Position numbers and translations under genes: made by a program. From an uncultured Pseudomonadota bacterium (GTDB lineage Bacteria; Myxococcota_A; Polyangia; Nannocystales; Nannocystaceae): DNA of 64,000 nucleotides. The DNA is taken from assembly GCA_913061055.1 (NCBI GenBank), contig CAJXVA010000004.1, positions 505-64,504 on the forward strand, given 5' to 3'. Shown here piece after piece: positions 45,938-55,430 of the stretch. The notes beneath the pieces were generated by a model. That model ran no database searches and had not been told where the DNA came from. It saw only the letters and a program-made list of their open reading frames with translations. Every line of letters begins with the position of its first letter. Within the stretch, counting starts at the first letter, position 1.

Positions 45938-47440
45938 TCAGTAGCGGTACACGGGCCTTCCAACCTGGAAGGAGAACAAGGCTCCAGAGTCCACGACCGC
46001 ATCTTCGGGGTCTCGGCCAACAACCGTGGCGTCGACAAATGGAGCGATCCCCAAACGGGTGTTGACCGTGTTGGAGTCGGTCGGCATGAAGTACAGCCAG
46101 GCCTCGGCGCGAACGACCACATGCTCTCCGAAGGGCGAATGGATGCGCTCGCTCGTCTGCGCCTCCCCAACCCACGTCGCGGCAACCGCGGGTCCGAACC
46201 CGAACCTCCGTCCGGGGGTTGGTGGGTTGAAGTAGTTGAAGATCCGAACTGAGAACGTCGGGGCGGTACTCGGCGCTCCGACGATGCGAGAGTCGATCGC
46301 GACCTCTCCCAGCGCAGGAGGCTGCACGTCAGCGACGTCGAGAATGCCCACGTCGCGAGCATCTCTCCATTCTTGGGTGTAGCGAGTGGTCAAGGCCGGC
46401 GCCAACACCCACCCGGTGACCTCGCGGTCCGTTCGGTCCGGACGATCGGTGATGACCGCGTCGAGCGTCAGTTGGGCGGCCCCCGCATACCGAGCCCGCT
46501 CGACCGGGCTGGACGCATCGAGGGGACGCCATTGATAGCTCTGACCACCCAGCTCTCCCGAACCGATCAATCGGACCTGCCATCCGGTGGGGAGCTCTTC
46601 ACAGTTCCCGTCGACGCCGAGGCGGTACTCCTGCGCGGCGAGTTGCGCGTGAGCTTCGGCGAGCTGCTCCTCGTCCGCCGCGGCACTGTCCTGCAGCATC
46701 TCGACCTCCGACACCGCCGCCTCCAACCGCTGGGCGCGTTCGGCCTCAAACGCGGCGCGTTCGGTCTCGAACTCCGCCTGCCGCCTGACGTTTTCCGCCT
46801 CGGCCCACGACGCATGCACGAGAAGGGTCTGGATCATCCGCAACTCGGTCTGCATCGCAGCCCTCTCGGACGGGCTCTGAGCCGCGTCATCCGACGATGA
46901 GGCTTCGAGCTGGCGAGCTCGGGACTGCAACTCCTCGCGTGCCGCGGGATCGAGAGCGCCGGGGAGCACGGCGGGCGCCTGCGGACCCGACTCTGCGAGC
47001 ACACTCTTACGCGTCTGTTGTGCCACGGCGAGTTCCTCCCGCGACTCGCCAAGCGTGGATGCCCGACGCAACAGCACCATGCACGGGTGCGCAACGTCGG
47101 CACGGGTGGACTGGTCGGTCCACTCGTACGCCAACGTGAGACCCCCTCTCCATCCGGAACTGAACTCGTCCACGCGGGTGCGATAGCTGCCCGCAGTCTC
47201 TTCCGCAGGTGCCTTGAGGAAGATGCTGGTTGTGAATCCCCCCGCGACGCTCACCCCGTTGAGGTCGAGCCCACCTTCAGCCTTCAGCGACGTGGCCTTG
47301 CTGGTCTTGGTGCCGCGAAATTTCACATCCGCCGCCCCGAACACGATCCTCGAGCCTGCCTCGCTATCGGCATGTACGGCCGTGGGAGCCAGCACGCACA
47401 ACACCGCGGCAGCCGAAGGAATACGACGCAAAGCCTTCAC
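45938..47440 (-). CDS. secreted / outer-membrane protein with central coiled coil
   Basis: GTG start and signal MKALRRIPSAAAVLCVLAPTAVHA. Central Glu/Ala/Gln-rich helical insert. Beta-rich ends, with C-terminal ...FSFQVGRPVYRY (aromatic terminus as in OM barrels). Confidence 0.65.
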   Translation of the reverse strand: MKALRRIPSAAAVLCVLAPTAVHADSEAGSRIVFGAADVKFRGTKTSKATSLKAEGGLDLNGVSVAGGFTTSIFLKAPAEETAGSYRTRVDEFSSGWRGGLTLAYEWTDQSTRADVAHPCMVLLRRASTLGESREELAVAQQTRKSVLAESGPQAPAVLPGALDPAAREELQSRARQLEASSSDDAAQSPSERAAMQTELRMIQTLLVHASWAEAENVRRQAEFETERAAFEAERAQRLEAAVSEVEMLQDSAAADEEQLAEAHAQLAAQEYRLGVDGNCEELPTGWQVRLIGSGELGGQSYQWRPLDASSPVERARYAGAAQLTLDAVITDRPDRTDREVTGWVLAPALTTRYTQEWRDARDVGILDVADVQPPALGEVAIDSRIVGAPSTAPTFSVRIFNYFNPPTPGRRFGFGPAVAATWVGEAQTSERIHSPFGEHVVVRAEAWLYFMPTDSNTVNTRLGIAPFVDATVVGRDPEDAVVDSGALFSFQVGRPVYRY

Positions 47441-47715
47441 GCGATCGTCCGTCCTCGGTCGAAGGCACCGCCTGCGGTGATCGTGTACGTCTTGGAGAGC
47501 AGCGACTTTTCGGTGGCGAGGTCGGTGACCTTCACGGAGACCTTCGACCCTGGCGCGCCCTCGGCCCGAAAGTCGATCGACACCGGTTTGTTCCGCGGAG
47601 AGGCGGTCGACTCAGCCTTCGTCGACGCGACGTCGATCTTCAGGCGATTGTTGACCCAAGCTTGCAGCCGATCGACGCGGCCACTGTTCGTCTTCATCTC
47701 GATCTTCCACTTCAT
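47437..47715 (-). CDS. hypothetical 92-aa Lys-rich protein
   Basis: ATG at 47713-47715. Strong G/C third-position bias. The stop overlaps the GTG of the downstream gene (GTGA). No signal peptide. Confidence 0.5.
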   Translation of the reverse strand: MKWKIEMKTNSGRVDRLQAWVNNRLKIDVASTKAESTASPRNKPVSIDFRAEGAPGSKVSVKVTDLATEKSLLSKTYTITAGGAFDRGRTIA

Positions 47716-47779
47716 CGCGCGGCTCGCCTCCGGTGCACATCGGGTGTGCACGAATCGGCGCGCTCCGTCACGAAGAAAC

Positions 47780-48061
47780 TCAGCGCTTGCGCGGGTCGAC
47801 GCCCCGGTTCGCCTCGAGGAACTGGTTCTCCTCGACGGGAGATCGCACCTCGGTGGCGGCGGGCGGGTGCTTGGCCAACCACGCTTTCGGCCGGGTTGGC
47901 CGGCGCTCGAAGCCTCCGCCACAGTTCGGGCAAACGTCGTGCAGCACGTCCTGGACACACACCGCACAGAACGTGCATTCGAAGGTGCAGATCATCGCAT
48001 CGGGGGCGTCGTTGGGCAGCCCCTTACCGCAGTGCTCACAGCTCGGCCTGAGTTCAAGCAT
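47780..48061 (-). CDS. DUF1272 zinc-ribbon-like protein
   Basis: MLELRPSCEHCGKGLPNDAPDAMICTFECTFCAVC...CPNCGGGFERRP is the DUF1272 pattern. Confidence 0.75.
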   Translation of the reverse strand: MLELRPSCEHCGKGLPNDAPDAMICTFECTFCAVCVQDVLHDVCPNCGGGFERRPTRPKAWLAKHPPAATEVRSPVEENQFLEANRGVDPRKR

Positions 48062-48569
48062 CGATTCGGTCCCCATTGAACCGCACGCCTTCGAGCTCGA
48101 GCAAGAGCTGTTTGGCCGGCAGCCCACCGCCGTACCCTGTGAGTCTCCGATTCTGGCCGATGACACGGTGGCAAGGCACGATGATGGAGATCGGGTTGGC
48201 TCCGTTTGCCGCCCCGACGGCCCGGACGGCTCGGGTGCGCCCGATGCTTTGGGCCAGCGCCCCGTAGCTCGAGAGCTCTCCGAACGAGATCTCGGTGAGC
48301 GCGTGCCACACCTCCCGCTGGAACTCGGTGCCTTCGGCGGCAAGCGGAACGTCGAACACCGTCCGCGCCCCCGCGAAGTATTCGGTGAGCTGCAGCTGCG
48401 TGTCCCCGAGGATCTGCTCGGCCAGTGCGGACCCATCGCTGTCAGGACGAACCTTGGCCCGCAGTGGTCGGCCATCGGCGTCGGCGAACAACAGGTGCGT
48501 CAGCCCTTTTGCATTGGCTGCGAGGAGGAGGGTTCCCACCGGGCTCTTCAGTTCTCGACACGTCGTCAT
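48054..48569 (-). CDS. ogt: methylated-DNA--protein-cysteine methyltransferase
   Basis: PCHRVIG active site, EVW..L..I.FGE and YGG motifs. ATGA overlap with the upstream gene. Confidence 0.9.
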   Translation of the reverse strand: MTTCRELKSPVGTLLLAANAKGLTHLLFADADGRPLRAKVRPDSDGSALAEQILGDTQLQLTEYFAGARTVFDVPLAAEGTEFQREVWHALTEISFGELSSYGALAQSIGRTRAVRAVGAANGANPISIIVPCHRVIGQNRRLTGYGGGLPAKQLLLELEGVRFNGDRIDA

Positions 48570-50113
48570 GGTTGTTGCCCCTGGGCTGCTGATGCCTGAC
48601 GCCACAGCATCATCGCGGCATAGGCTCGCCACGGCTGCCAGCCCTCGGCACGACGGCGTACCTGGGCAGCCGTGGGCAACGTATCCGCCCGACCCCGAAC
48701 CGCCTTGCGCAGCCCCAGGTCTCCGGCAGGAAACGCATCGGGTTCCGACATCCCCCGCATGGCGATGTATTGCGCCGTCCAATCTCCGATTCCCGGCAGG
48801 GCTCGGAGTCGCTGGATTGCGGTGTCGAGGTCGGGCGCCAGATCCAGCACGCCGTCCCCCTCGGCGACCGCTCGTGCCAGCCCGCGGATCGTGTTCGCGC
48901 GGGCCTTCGGCATTCCGATCGACGCGACATCGGCGTCCGCGAGGTCCTGCGGATGCGGGAAGAGCTGCGTCGGTCCACCTTCGACAGCCCGCGGCAGTGG
49001 CCGACCAAAGCGCGTCACGATGCGTCCGAACAAACGCGTGGCACCAACGACAGTCACCTGTTGGCCGACGATCGCCCGGACCGCGAGCTCGAAGCGGTCC
49101 CAACAACCCGGGACACGCGTGCCGGGCATCGCCTGCGCAGCCGGGCGCAGTAACGGGTCCCGGCCGAGCTGCTCGGCGATGGCAGAGGCATCCGTGTCCA
49201 GGTCGAACAGTCGCCGCACGCGCCCAGCGATTGCGACGAGGTGGAGCGCGAGATCACCGGGCACGCTCAAGGTCAACGATGCCTTCGCTGCGGGGGTCGG
49301 GCCCACTTCAATGACTCCGACATCGCCGGAGAGGTCGACGGAGCGTCGGTACGTGCGGCCAACGACCTGCTCGACATTCGGGGTGAGCCTGGGGGTCATC
49401 CAGGCCAACATGTCGGCCCAGTCGAAGGGCTCTCGGACGGGTAGCAGCACCGTGAGCGGGCCACCGACCTCTCGAGTCCCAGGGGCGCGCTTGCGAATCT
49501 CGGTTGGGGTGCGATCGAAGCACTTACGGACCGCCGCGTTGAATCGCCGAACATTGCGAAAGCCTGAAGTGAGCGCGACCTGCGACATCGGGAGCTCGGT
49601 GTGCTCGATGAGGTGCTTGGCGAAGTGCACACGCCGGGTCGTCGCGATCGCCTGCGGCGAGGCGCCGAGGTGTTCGTGAAACAGGCGGCGCAGGTATCGG
49701 TCGCCGACTCCAAGACGATCCGCAAGCGCCTCGACCCCGGCGTCATCGAGGGCCCCGTCTGCGATCAGTCGAAGCGCACGCGACACCGTGGATGAGGTTC
49801 CGCGCCAGGCCGGGGTTCCAGGAGCGGTGTCCGGACGACAGCGTCTGCACGCCCGAAAGCCCGCGTCCTCGGCTCCGGCCGCGCAAACGAAGAACACGCA
49901 GTTCTCCCGCTTCGGAGTGCGGACTGGGCAGATGGGCCTGCAGTACACGCCGGTGCTGGTCACGCCGGTGAAGAACCGCCCGTCAAACCGCGCATCCCGG
50001 GTTCGTAGTGCCCGATAGCAAATGTCGTGACCGAGTTCGATGGGTAAGCGATAGCAGCCACGCGCCCGCGACGTTGGACGTTTTCGGACCTGGTCGTATA
50101 AGACGCGCCCCAC
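48566..50113 (-). CDS. ada: Ada-type regulator fused to DNA-3-methyladenine glycosylase II (Ada N-domain + AraC HTH + AlkA)
   Basis: Ada Zn site YCRPICPVR...FRACRRCRP, AraC-type HTH (FRNVRRFNAAVRKCFDRTP), AlkA N-domain and HhH-GPD (LPGIGDWTAQYIAMRG). GTG at 50113 is the only in-frame start. Confidence 0.8.
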   Translation of the reverse strand: MGRVLYDQVRKRPTSRARGCYRLPIELGHDICYRALRTRDARFDGRFFTGVTSTGVYCRPICPVRTPKRENCVFFVCAAGAEDAGFRACRRCRPDTAPGTPAWRGTSSTVSRALRLIADGALDDAGVEALADRLGVGDRYLRRLFHEHLGASPQAIATTRRVHFAKHLIEHTELPMSQVALTSGFRNVRRFNAAVRKCFDRTPTEIRKRAPGTREVGGPLTVLLPVREPFDWADMLAWMTPRLTPNVEQVVGRTYRRSVDLSGDVGVIEVGPTPAAKASLTLSVPGDLALHLVAIAGRVRRLFDLDTDASAIAEQLGRDPLLRPAAQAMPGTRVPGCWDRFELAVRAIVGQQVTVVGATRLFGRIVTRFGRPLPRAVEGGPTQLFPHPQDLADADVASIGMPKARANTIRGLARAVAEGDGVLDLAPDLDTAIQRLRALPGIGDWTAQYIAMRGMSEPDAFPAGDLGLRKAVRGRADTLPTAAQVRRRAEGWQPWRAYAAMMLWRQASAAQGQQP

Positions 50114-50124
50114 CCGCTCCGTAG

Positions 50125-51471
50125 TTGCAACGAAACGAGCTGCCGTACGTCTACCTTGACGTGTTCAGTTCGTTGGACCGTATCGACATGGCGGCGGAGC
50201 AGGACGGGCGGAAGGTCTACCTGCAGACCGACCACCGCTCGCCCGAAGAGATGGACGAGACGCCGGAGGTGTCGGTGCTCTTCGCCCTCATCCGGACGCT
50301 GCTTCCGCACCGGATGACGGAGGCTGGTCAGCCGCGAGCGGGCGTTCGGTACGCAGCCCTCGGTGGCGCCTCGGAAGCGGTATCCGAGGCCATCGCCTCG
50401 ACGGGGGCTGAGCTCGAGTCCTCAGCCTCCGGTACGCCCGAGATCGTTCCCTACTCCGGCACGCCTCGGACGCCCACCGAGATCGCGAACGAAGCGCTCA
50501 CGGGTCTCGCGCACCGGGTCGCGCTTCGCGAGAGCGTGCCAGTGTCGGGCACCGGGCTAGCGGAGTTCGAAGCCCGGCTCCTCGCTCAACAAGAGGACGA
50601 CCCCGACCTCGGAGAAATCGAGTCGTGGACCGCGGTGATCGAGTTGGCCGCGCTCACCGGTGAGTGCCTGCGGCGCATCGGCGACGGTGGGCAGTGGCAG
50701 GTCTCCGACGAGGTCTTTGCCGACAACGAGCAGATCTCCCCCTCCGATCTCGGCATGTTGCCGTTCATCTTCACCGCCACCGGGGGCTTCATGCACAACG
50801 CCGCCAACAAGGCGATCCGTGCTCTGTCGGAGCCTGGCCAATCCACGGTTCAGCTGCTCGCCTCGACCCAGCCCGCCGAAGGCGACGATGGCACCACCGT
50901 CGTCGTGCTCAAGCCCAGCAGCTGGGGAATGGACGGCATCTACGCCCGGCCGCTGCTCGACAACGTCCCCGACTGTCCGCTGGTCGTCATCGGCCAAGAC
51001 CACCCCAACAACGTCGCCTACCCCACGACCAGTCAGGAGGAGCCGGAAAAGCATGACGTCTTGATGGCCGAAGCTCTTCGCAACCTGGCTCAGGTCGACG
51101 TCGAGATCGAGAAGCTCGACATGGGTATCGAGATGGATCTCTACGTCGTGCACGGCGACTTCTATGCCGCCGAGAAGATCCTCGACGAGGCGTTCATGCA
51201 CCGCATGCACGCGACGATTGGGCAAGAGCTCCTCGCCGTCGCCATTCCGGTCAAGAGCCGGATGTTCGTCACCGCCGGCGCCCAGGCGCCCGAGAACCTC
51301 GCGAGGATCATCGCCCTGGCCCAAGGTGTCTTCGAGCAGGAACCGCACCCCATCACGCCCAAGGTGTTTGGTGTGATGAACGGCAAAGTGTCCGCCATCG
51401 TGCAGGCGAGCGGGGGCCCACCGCCGAAGCCCAAGAAGAAGAAGGGGTTCTGGGGCCGGCTCTTTGGCTGA
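50125..51471 (+). CDS. hypothetical protein with C-terminal Lys-rich tail
   Basis: 448-aa ORF (TTG 50125; alternative ATG 50188). No signal peptide, acidic, ends PPPKPKKKKGFWGRLFG. No family recognised. Confidence 0.55.
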   Translation: MQRNELPYVYLDVFSSLDRIDMAAEQDGRKVYLQTDHRSPEEMDETPEVSVLFALIRTLLPHRMTEAGQPRAGVRYAALGGASEAVSEAIASTGAELESSASGTPEIVPYSGTPRTPTEIANEALTGLAHRVALRESVPVSGTGLAEFEARLLAQQEDDPDLGEIESWTAVIELAALTGECLRRIGDGGQWQVSDEVFADNEQISPSDLGMLPFIFTATGGFMHNAANKAIRALSEPGQSTVQLLASTQPAEGDDGTTVVVLKPSSWGMDGIYARPLLDNVPDCPLVVIGQDHPNNVAYPTTSQEEPEKHDVLMAEALRNLAQVDVEIEKLDMGIEMDLYVVHGDFYAAEKILDEAFMHRMHATIGQELLAVAIPVKSRMFVTAGAQAPENLARIIALAQGVFEQEPHPITPKVFGVMNGKVSAIVQASGGPPPKPKKKKGFWGRLFG

Positions 51472-51540
51472 CAGACGAGGACACAAAAGAAATCCGGCTG
51501 CCCCGTGTCACAGACAGCCGAGCCATCTCGTCCTCGGGGT

Positions 51541-51993
51541 ATGAAGCAACGTCTCGAGTACTACGGGCTCGCCCCTGAACTGTTCGAACCGCTTGTCGCG
51601 CTGGAGAACGTCCTGGAGAGGTCCTCCCTTGGCAAGGGCTTGGTCGAGCTGGTCAAGATCCGCGCGTCGCAGATCAACGGCTGCGCCTACTGCCTGGACA
51701 TGCACTCGCGTGACGCCCGATCCGGCGGCGTCCCCGAGCAGAAGCTCGACGTCCTGGCCGCCTTCGACGAGTCGCCGATCTTCGATGCCCGAGAGCGGGC
51801 CGCCCTGGCTTGGACCGAGGCGCTCACCGAAGTGAGCCAGCGGGGCGCTCCGCAGGCCATCTACGCGCAGCTCGAAGAGTTGTTCAGCGATCGCGAGCGC
51901 GTAGACCTCACCATGGCGATCTGCGCGATCAACAGCTGGAACCGGATTGCGATAGCGTTTCGCACGTTGCACCCTGTGCGCGCATCTGGATGA
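51541..51993 (+). CDS. carboxymuconolactone decarboxylase (AhpD-like) family protein
   Basis: ELVKIRASQINGCAYCLDMH (CxxC of AhpD/CMD core) and ERAALAWTEALT. Confidence 0.85.
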   Translation: MKQRLEYYGLAPELFEPLVALENVLERSSLGKGLVELVKIRASQINGCAYCLDMHSRDARSGGVPEQKLDVLAAFDESPIFDARERAALAWTEALTEVSQRGAPQAIYAQLEELFSDRERVDLTMAICAINSWNRIAIAFRTLHPVRASG

Positions 51994-52871
51994 CGGCTGC
52001 CCCCGACACCCTTTCCGACTTGTTCGAGCGCTCACGCGGTCGACTGTTCTCGCTCGCCTATCGCATGACCGCGTCGGTCGCTGACGCGCAGAACGTCGTG
52101 CAAGACACCTGGGTGCGCTGGATGGGTGCTTCGCAGGCGCACGTGAACGACCCCCTCGCCTACTGGGTCCGTACGGCCACCCGGTTGTGCCTCGACCTGC
52201 AACAGTCCGCTCGTGTGCGCCGAGAGCAGTACGTTGGAGCCTGGCTTCCCGAGCCGCTGGTCAGTCCGGAGCAGACTGGCGACCCCCACACAGCGGTCAG
52301 CGATCGACAGGACGTCGACGTCGCACTGATGCTGGCCCTCGAGCGGCTCAGCCCCTCCGAGCGAGCCGCCTTCCTGCTCAAAGACGTGTTCGACCTCGAC
52401 ATGCCCCAGCTCAGCGAGGCCCTCTCCAAGAGCCCCTCCGCATGCCGTCAGCTGTTGTCGCGAGCCCGCAAACACCTCGCCGACGTCCGCCCGCGCTACG
52501 TGCCTGACGACGCCCAAACCCTCGTCGAAGAGTTCTGGCGCGCCTCCCGAACCGGCGACGTCGAGGCGCTCACCCGCCTGCTCGTTCTAGGCGTGGAAGT
52601 CCGTGCCGACGGCGGGGGTCGAGTTCCCTCCGCGCTCAACGTCCTGGTGGGTCGTGAGCGTGCGGTGAAGTTCTTCGTTGGCCTCGCCCGCAAGTACTCA
52701 GCGCGAGGCAGCTTGATCCGCTTTGCCACGGTCCACGGTGCGCCCGGGATCGTCAGCCGCGATGCCAACGGAACCCTCCAAGTGACCTCTTTCGCATTCG
52801 ATGAGCAAGGCCTGCGCGGGGTGTGGATCGTGCGAAACCCAGAGAAGCTGGGCGGTGTGGAATCGGCGTAG
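51990..52871 (+). CDS. ECF sigma factor with SnoaL-like C-terminal extension (ECF41/SigJ-like)
   Basis: ATGA overlap with the CMD gene. Regions 2 and 4 (LSPSERAAFLLKDVFDLDMPQLSEALSKSPSACRQLLSRAR) plus an NTF2/SnoaL-like tail of about 110 aa. Confidence 0.8.
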   Translation: MTAAPDTLSDLFERSRGRLFSLAYRMTASVADAQNVVQDTWVRWMGASQAHVNDPLAYWVRTATRLCLDLQQSARVRREQYVGAWLPEPLVSPEQTGDPHTAVSDRQDVDVALMLALERLSPSERAAFLLKDVFDLDMPQLSEALSKSPSACRQLLSRARKHLADVRPRYVPDDAQTLVEEFWRASRTGDVEALTRLLVLGVEVRADGGGRVPSALNVLVGRERAVKFFVGLARKYSARGSLIRFATVHGAPGIVSRDANGTLQVTSFAFDEQGLRGVWIVRNPEKLGGVESA

Positions 52872-52889
52872 TGAGCATCGTGTTCTCGA

Positions 52890-55430
52890 CTACAGCCGAG
52901 GATCGACGGGTTCGCTCTCCAGCGCCAAGACGCCAAAGACACACTCGTGTACCCGCCACAAGGGTTCGCCTGACGCGAGGCGGTAGAGCCCTTCGACGCC
53001 CAGCGAGAACTCTCGCAACGCAAGGCTCCGCTTCGCTGAGAGTCCGCGTTTGCGCAACCGATCGAGGTTCTCGGGGGCGGTGTATTCGGGTCCGTAGATG
53101 ATTCGAAGATACTCGGCGCCCCGACATTTGAGTGCGGGCTGTACGAGGCCGCGCTTGCCGCGAACCAGCCACTGCTCAGGCTTGATGACCATGCCCTCAC
53201 CGCCGTCCGCGGTCAGTTTTTCCCACCACGCGACGACCGCGTCTCTGGACGCCTGGTCCGCGAGCTCGACAACCTTGTAGGGCGTCGCAACGAGAGTCGG
53301 CTCGTGCTCGGCCAGCCTCGCCAAGGTGTCCATGTGCCAGACGTGCGATTGGTCGAAGTACGTCCTCCCCTCCGTCGCGAGCAGGTGAAACGGGGCCAGC
53401 TTGACGTCGGTCACGTCGTCGGCCGCCCAGCAATAGCGCCGCCAGGCCGCCGAGTAGTCCTCAACCATGTCGCGACGATCCGAGAAGCGTTCGAGCAGCG
53501 CCTCCGACCCTCTGTCTCTCGCCGCGACCAGACTCTGCACCACCTCGTCCAGCGCGGCTTTGGCCGCGCACCCAACCGCCGCGTACTGTGTCCGAAGGAG
53601 CGCGGCCGCCTTGAGCGACCAGGGCATGAGTTCCGCGTCGAGACAGACCCAGTCCGTCTGCAGCTCGTCCCACAATCCGGCGCGGTCGAAGGCCGCCGCC
53701 ACACGTTCGACCAACTGCTCCTCCAGCTCACCGCTCGAGAAGAAGGGCCGACCGGTTCGGGTGTAGATGACGCCCTGTTTACCGTCGCCAACTCGGAACT
53801 TGGCCTGTGCCGCCTCGACACTTCGCGCCACGACAAGAACCGCTCGGGAGCCCATGTGCTTCTCCTCGCACACGATCCGGTCCACACCGCTCGAGGCGAA
53901 GTAGTCCAGCGCCTCCTGAGGACGCTCCAGCAGAGCGACGTCGCCGGGGGCCGTCGCGGCCGGCGACATCGTCGGCGGCAAGTAGAGCAACCACCGTGGA
54001 TCCACGGCAAAGCGGCTCATGACCTCCAGGGCCGCGACAGCATTCTCCTCGCGAATCGTCACCCGATGTCGGACTCGAGTTTCGATGGTTCTCTTCCCGG
54101 TGACATCTGCGAGGTCGAGAACCTGCGGGGGCCGTTCGTCCGTTCGACCCGTGTTCAAGGGTCGAACCGATTCGTAGTACGTCTCCCGTGCTTGAACCTG
54201 AATGAGTTCGCGCTCCGGGTACCGAAGCCCGGTGAGCTTGCCGCCGAAGACGCATCCGGTATCGATACAGATCGTGCCGTTGACCCACTCGGCCTCCGGC
54301 ACGGGCGTGTGTCCGTAGACGACCATCGCGCGCCCTCGATACTCCTCCGCCCAGTCATACCGAACCGGCAGTCCAAACTCGTCCGTCTCGCCCGACGACT
54401 CGCCGTACAAGCAGAACGAGCGGACTCGGCCCGATGCGCGCCCCTGATACTCCTCGCGGATCCCCGCGTGGGCGACAACGAGGCGACCTCCATCCAGGAC
54501 GTAGTGACTCACGAGTCCGTTGATGAAATCCGCGACCCGCTCGGCGAAGCCTTCGGGCTCACGGTCGAACTGCTCCATGGTCTCCGCAAGCCCGTGGCTG
54601 AGCTTCACGTTCCTCCCCCGCAGCTTCCGCAAGAGCTTCACCTCATGGTTGCCCGGAATGCAGATCGCCGCGCCGGTCTCCACCATGGACATCACCAATC
54701 GGAGGACGCCCGGAGAATCAGGACCACGATCGACGAGGTCTCCTAGGAAGATTGCTCTACGCCCAGAAGGAGCGACGACGACGGGTTCTTCGCGACTTCC
54801 GGAGAGTTGGTACCCGAGATTGCCCAGGAGCGTGCGCAGCTCGTCGTAGCAGCCGTGCACATCGCCGATCAGATCGAAGGGCCCGGTCTCCTCGCGCTTG
54901 TCACTCCACAGCGGTCGGCGCGAGATCGTCGCTTGATCGACGTCGTCGACCGAGCCGAGGATATGAACCCGAGAGAATCCCTCCCGCTTCATGCCTCGCA
55001 GCCCCCGACGAAGTTGGCTGGCTTGCTGTTTCACCACCCGAATGCCAAAGCTCCGGTCCTCGCGAGCCTCATTCCGCTCTCCGGCGATCTTCGGCGGGAC
55101 GTTGAGCACGATGGCAACGGCCAAACAGTCGTGCTCCTTGGCCAGCCGGACGAGTCGTTTGCGGTCCTCGGCCCGCACGCTCGTGGCATCGACCACCGTC
55201 AGACGCCCGCGAGCGAGACGCTTGCCCACGATGTAGTTCAGCACGTCGAACGCGTCGCTGGTCGCCTGTTGGTCGTTCTCGTCATCCGAGACCAACCCAC
55301 GGCAGAAGTCGGATGAAACGACCTCGCTCGGCAGGAAGTGCTTCCCGGCAAACGTGGACTTTCCAGCACCCGAGACGCCAACGAGAACGACCAAGCACAG
55401 CTCGGGGAGTTCCAAGGACGTACCGGTCAT
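52890..55430 (-). CDS. pnkp: polynucleotide kinase-phosphatase with ligase-like domain (bacterial RNA repair Pnkp)
   Basis: P-loop GVSGAGKST. Calcineurin-type phosphoesterase motifs GDVHGC, GDLVDRG and GNHE. C-terminal adenylyltransferase-like domain with CEEKHMGSR lysine motif. 846 aa. Confidence 0.85.
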   Translation of the reverse strand: MTGTSLELPELCLVVLVGVSGAGKSTFAGKHFLPSEVVSSDFCRGLVSDDENDQQATSDAFDVLNYIVGKRLARGRLTVVDATSVRAEDRKRLVRLAKEHDCLAVAIVLNVPPKIAGERNEAREDRSFGIRVVKQQASQLRRGLRGMKREGFSRVHILGSVDDVDQATISRRPLWSDKREETGPFDLIGDVHGCYDELRTLLGNLGYQLSGSREEPVVVAPSGRRAIFLGDLVDRGPDSPGVLRLVMSMVETGAAICIPGNHEVKLLRKLRGRNVKLSHGLAETMEQFDREPEGFAERVADFINGLVSHYVLDGGRLVVAHAGIREEYQGRASGRVRSFCLYGESSGETDEFGLPVRYDWAEEYRGRAMVVYGHTPVPEAEWVNGTICIDTGCVFGGKLTGLRYPERELIQVQARETYYESVRPLNTGRTDERPPQVLDLADVTGKRTIETRVRHRVTIREENAVAALEVMSRFAVDPRWLLYLPPTMSPAATAPGDVALLERPQEALDYFASSGVDRIVCEEKHMGSRAVLVVARSVEAAQAKFRVGDGKQGVIYTRTGRPFFSSGELEEQLVERVAAAFDRAGLWDELQTDWVCLDAELMPWSLKAAALLRTQYAAVGCAAKAALDEVVQSLVAARDRGSEALLERFSDRRDMVEDYSAAWRRYCWAADDVTDVKLAPFHLLATEGRTYFDQSHVWHMDTLARLAEHEPTLVATPYKVVELADQASRDAVVAWWEKLTADGGEGMVIKPEQWLVRGKRGLVQPALKCRGAEYLRIIYGPEYTAPENLDRLRKRGLSAKRSLALREFSLGVEGLYRLASGEPLWRVHECVFGVLALESEPVDPRL

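Noticed and set aside
47716-47967. Longer 176-aa version of the small gene upstream of the barrel-like protein.
   Set aside because: Its N-terminal 84 residues overlap the DUF1272 gene on the same strand in another frame and are Arg/Ser/Thr-rich junk. The coding signal begins at ATG 47715.
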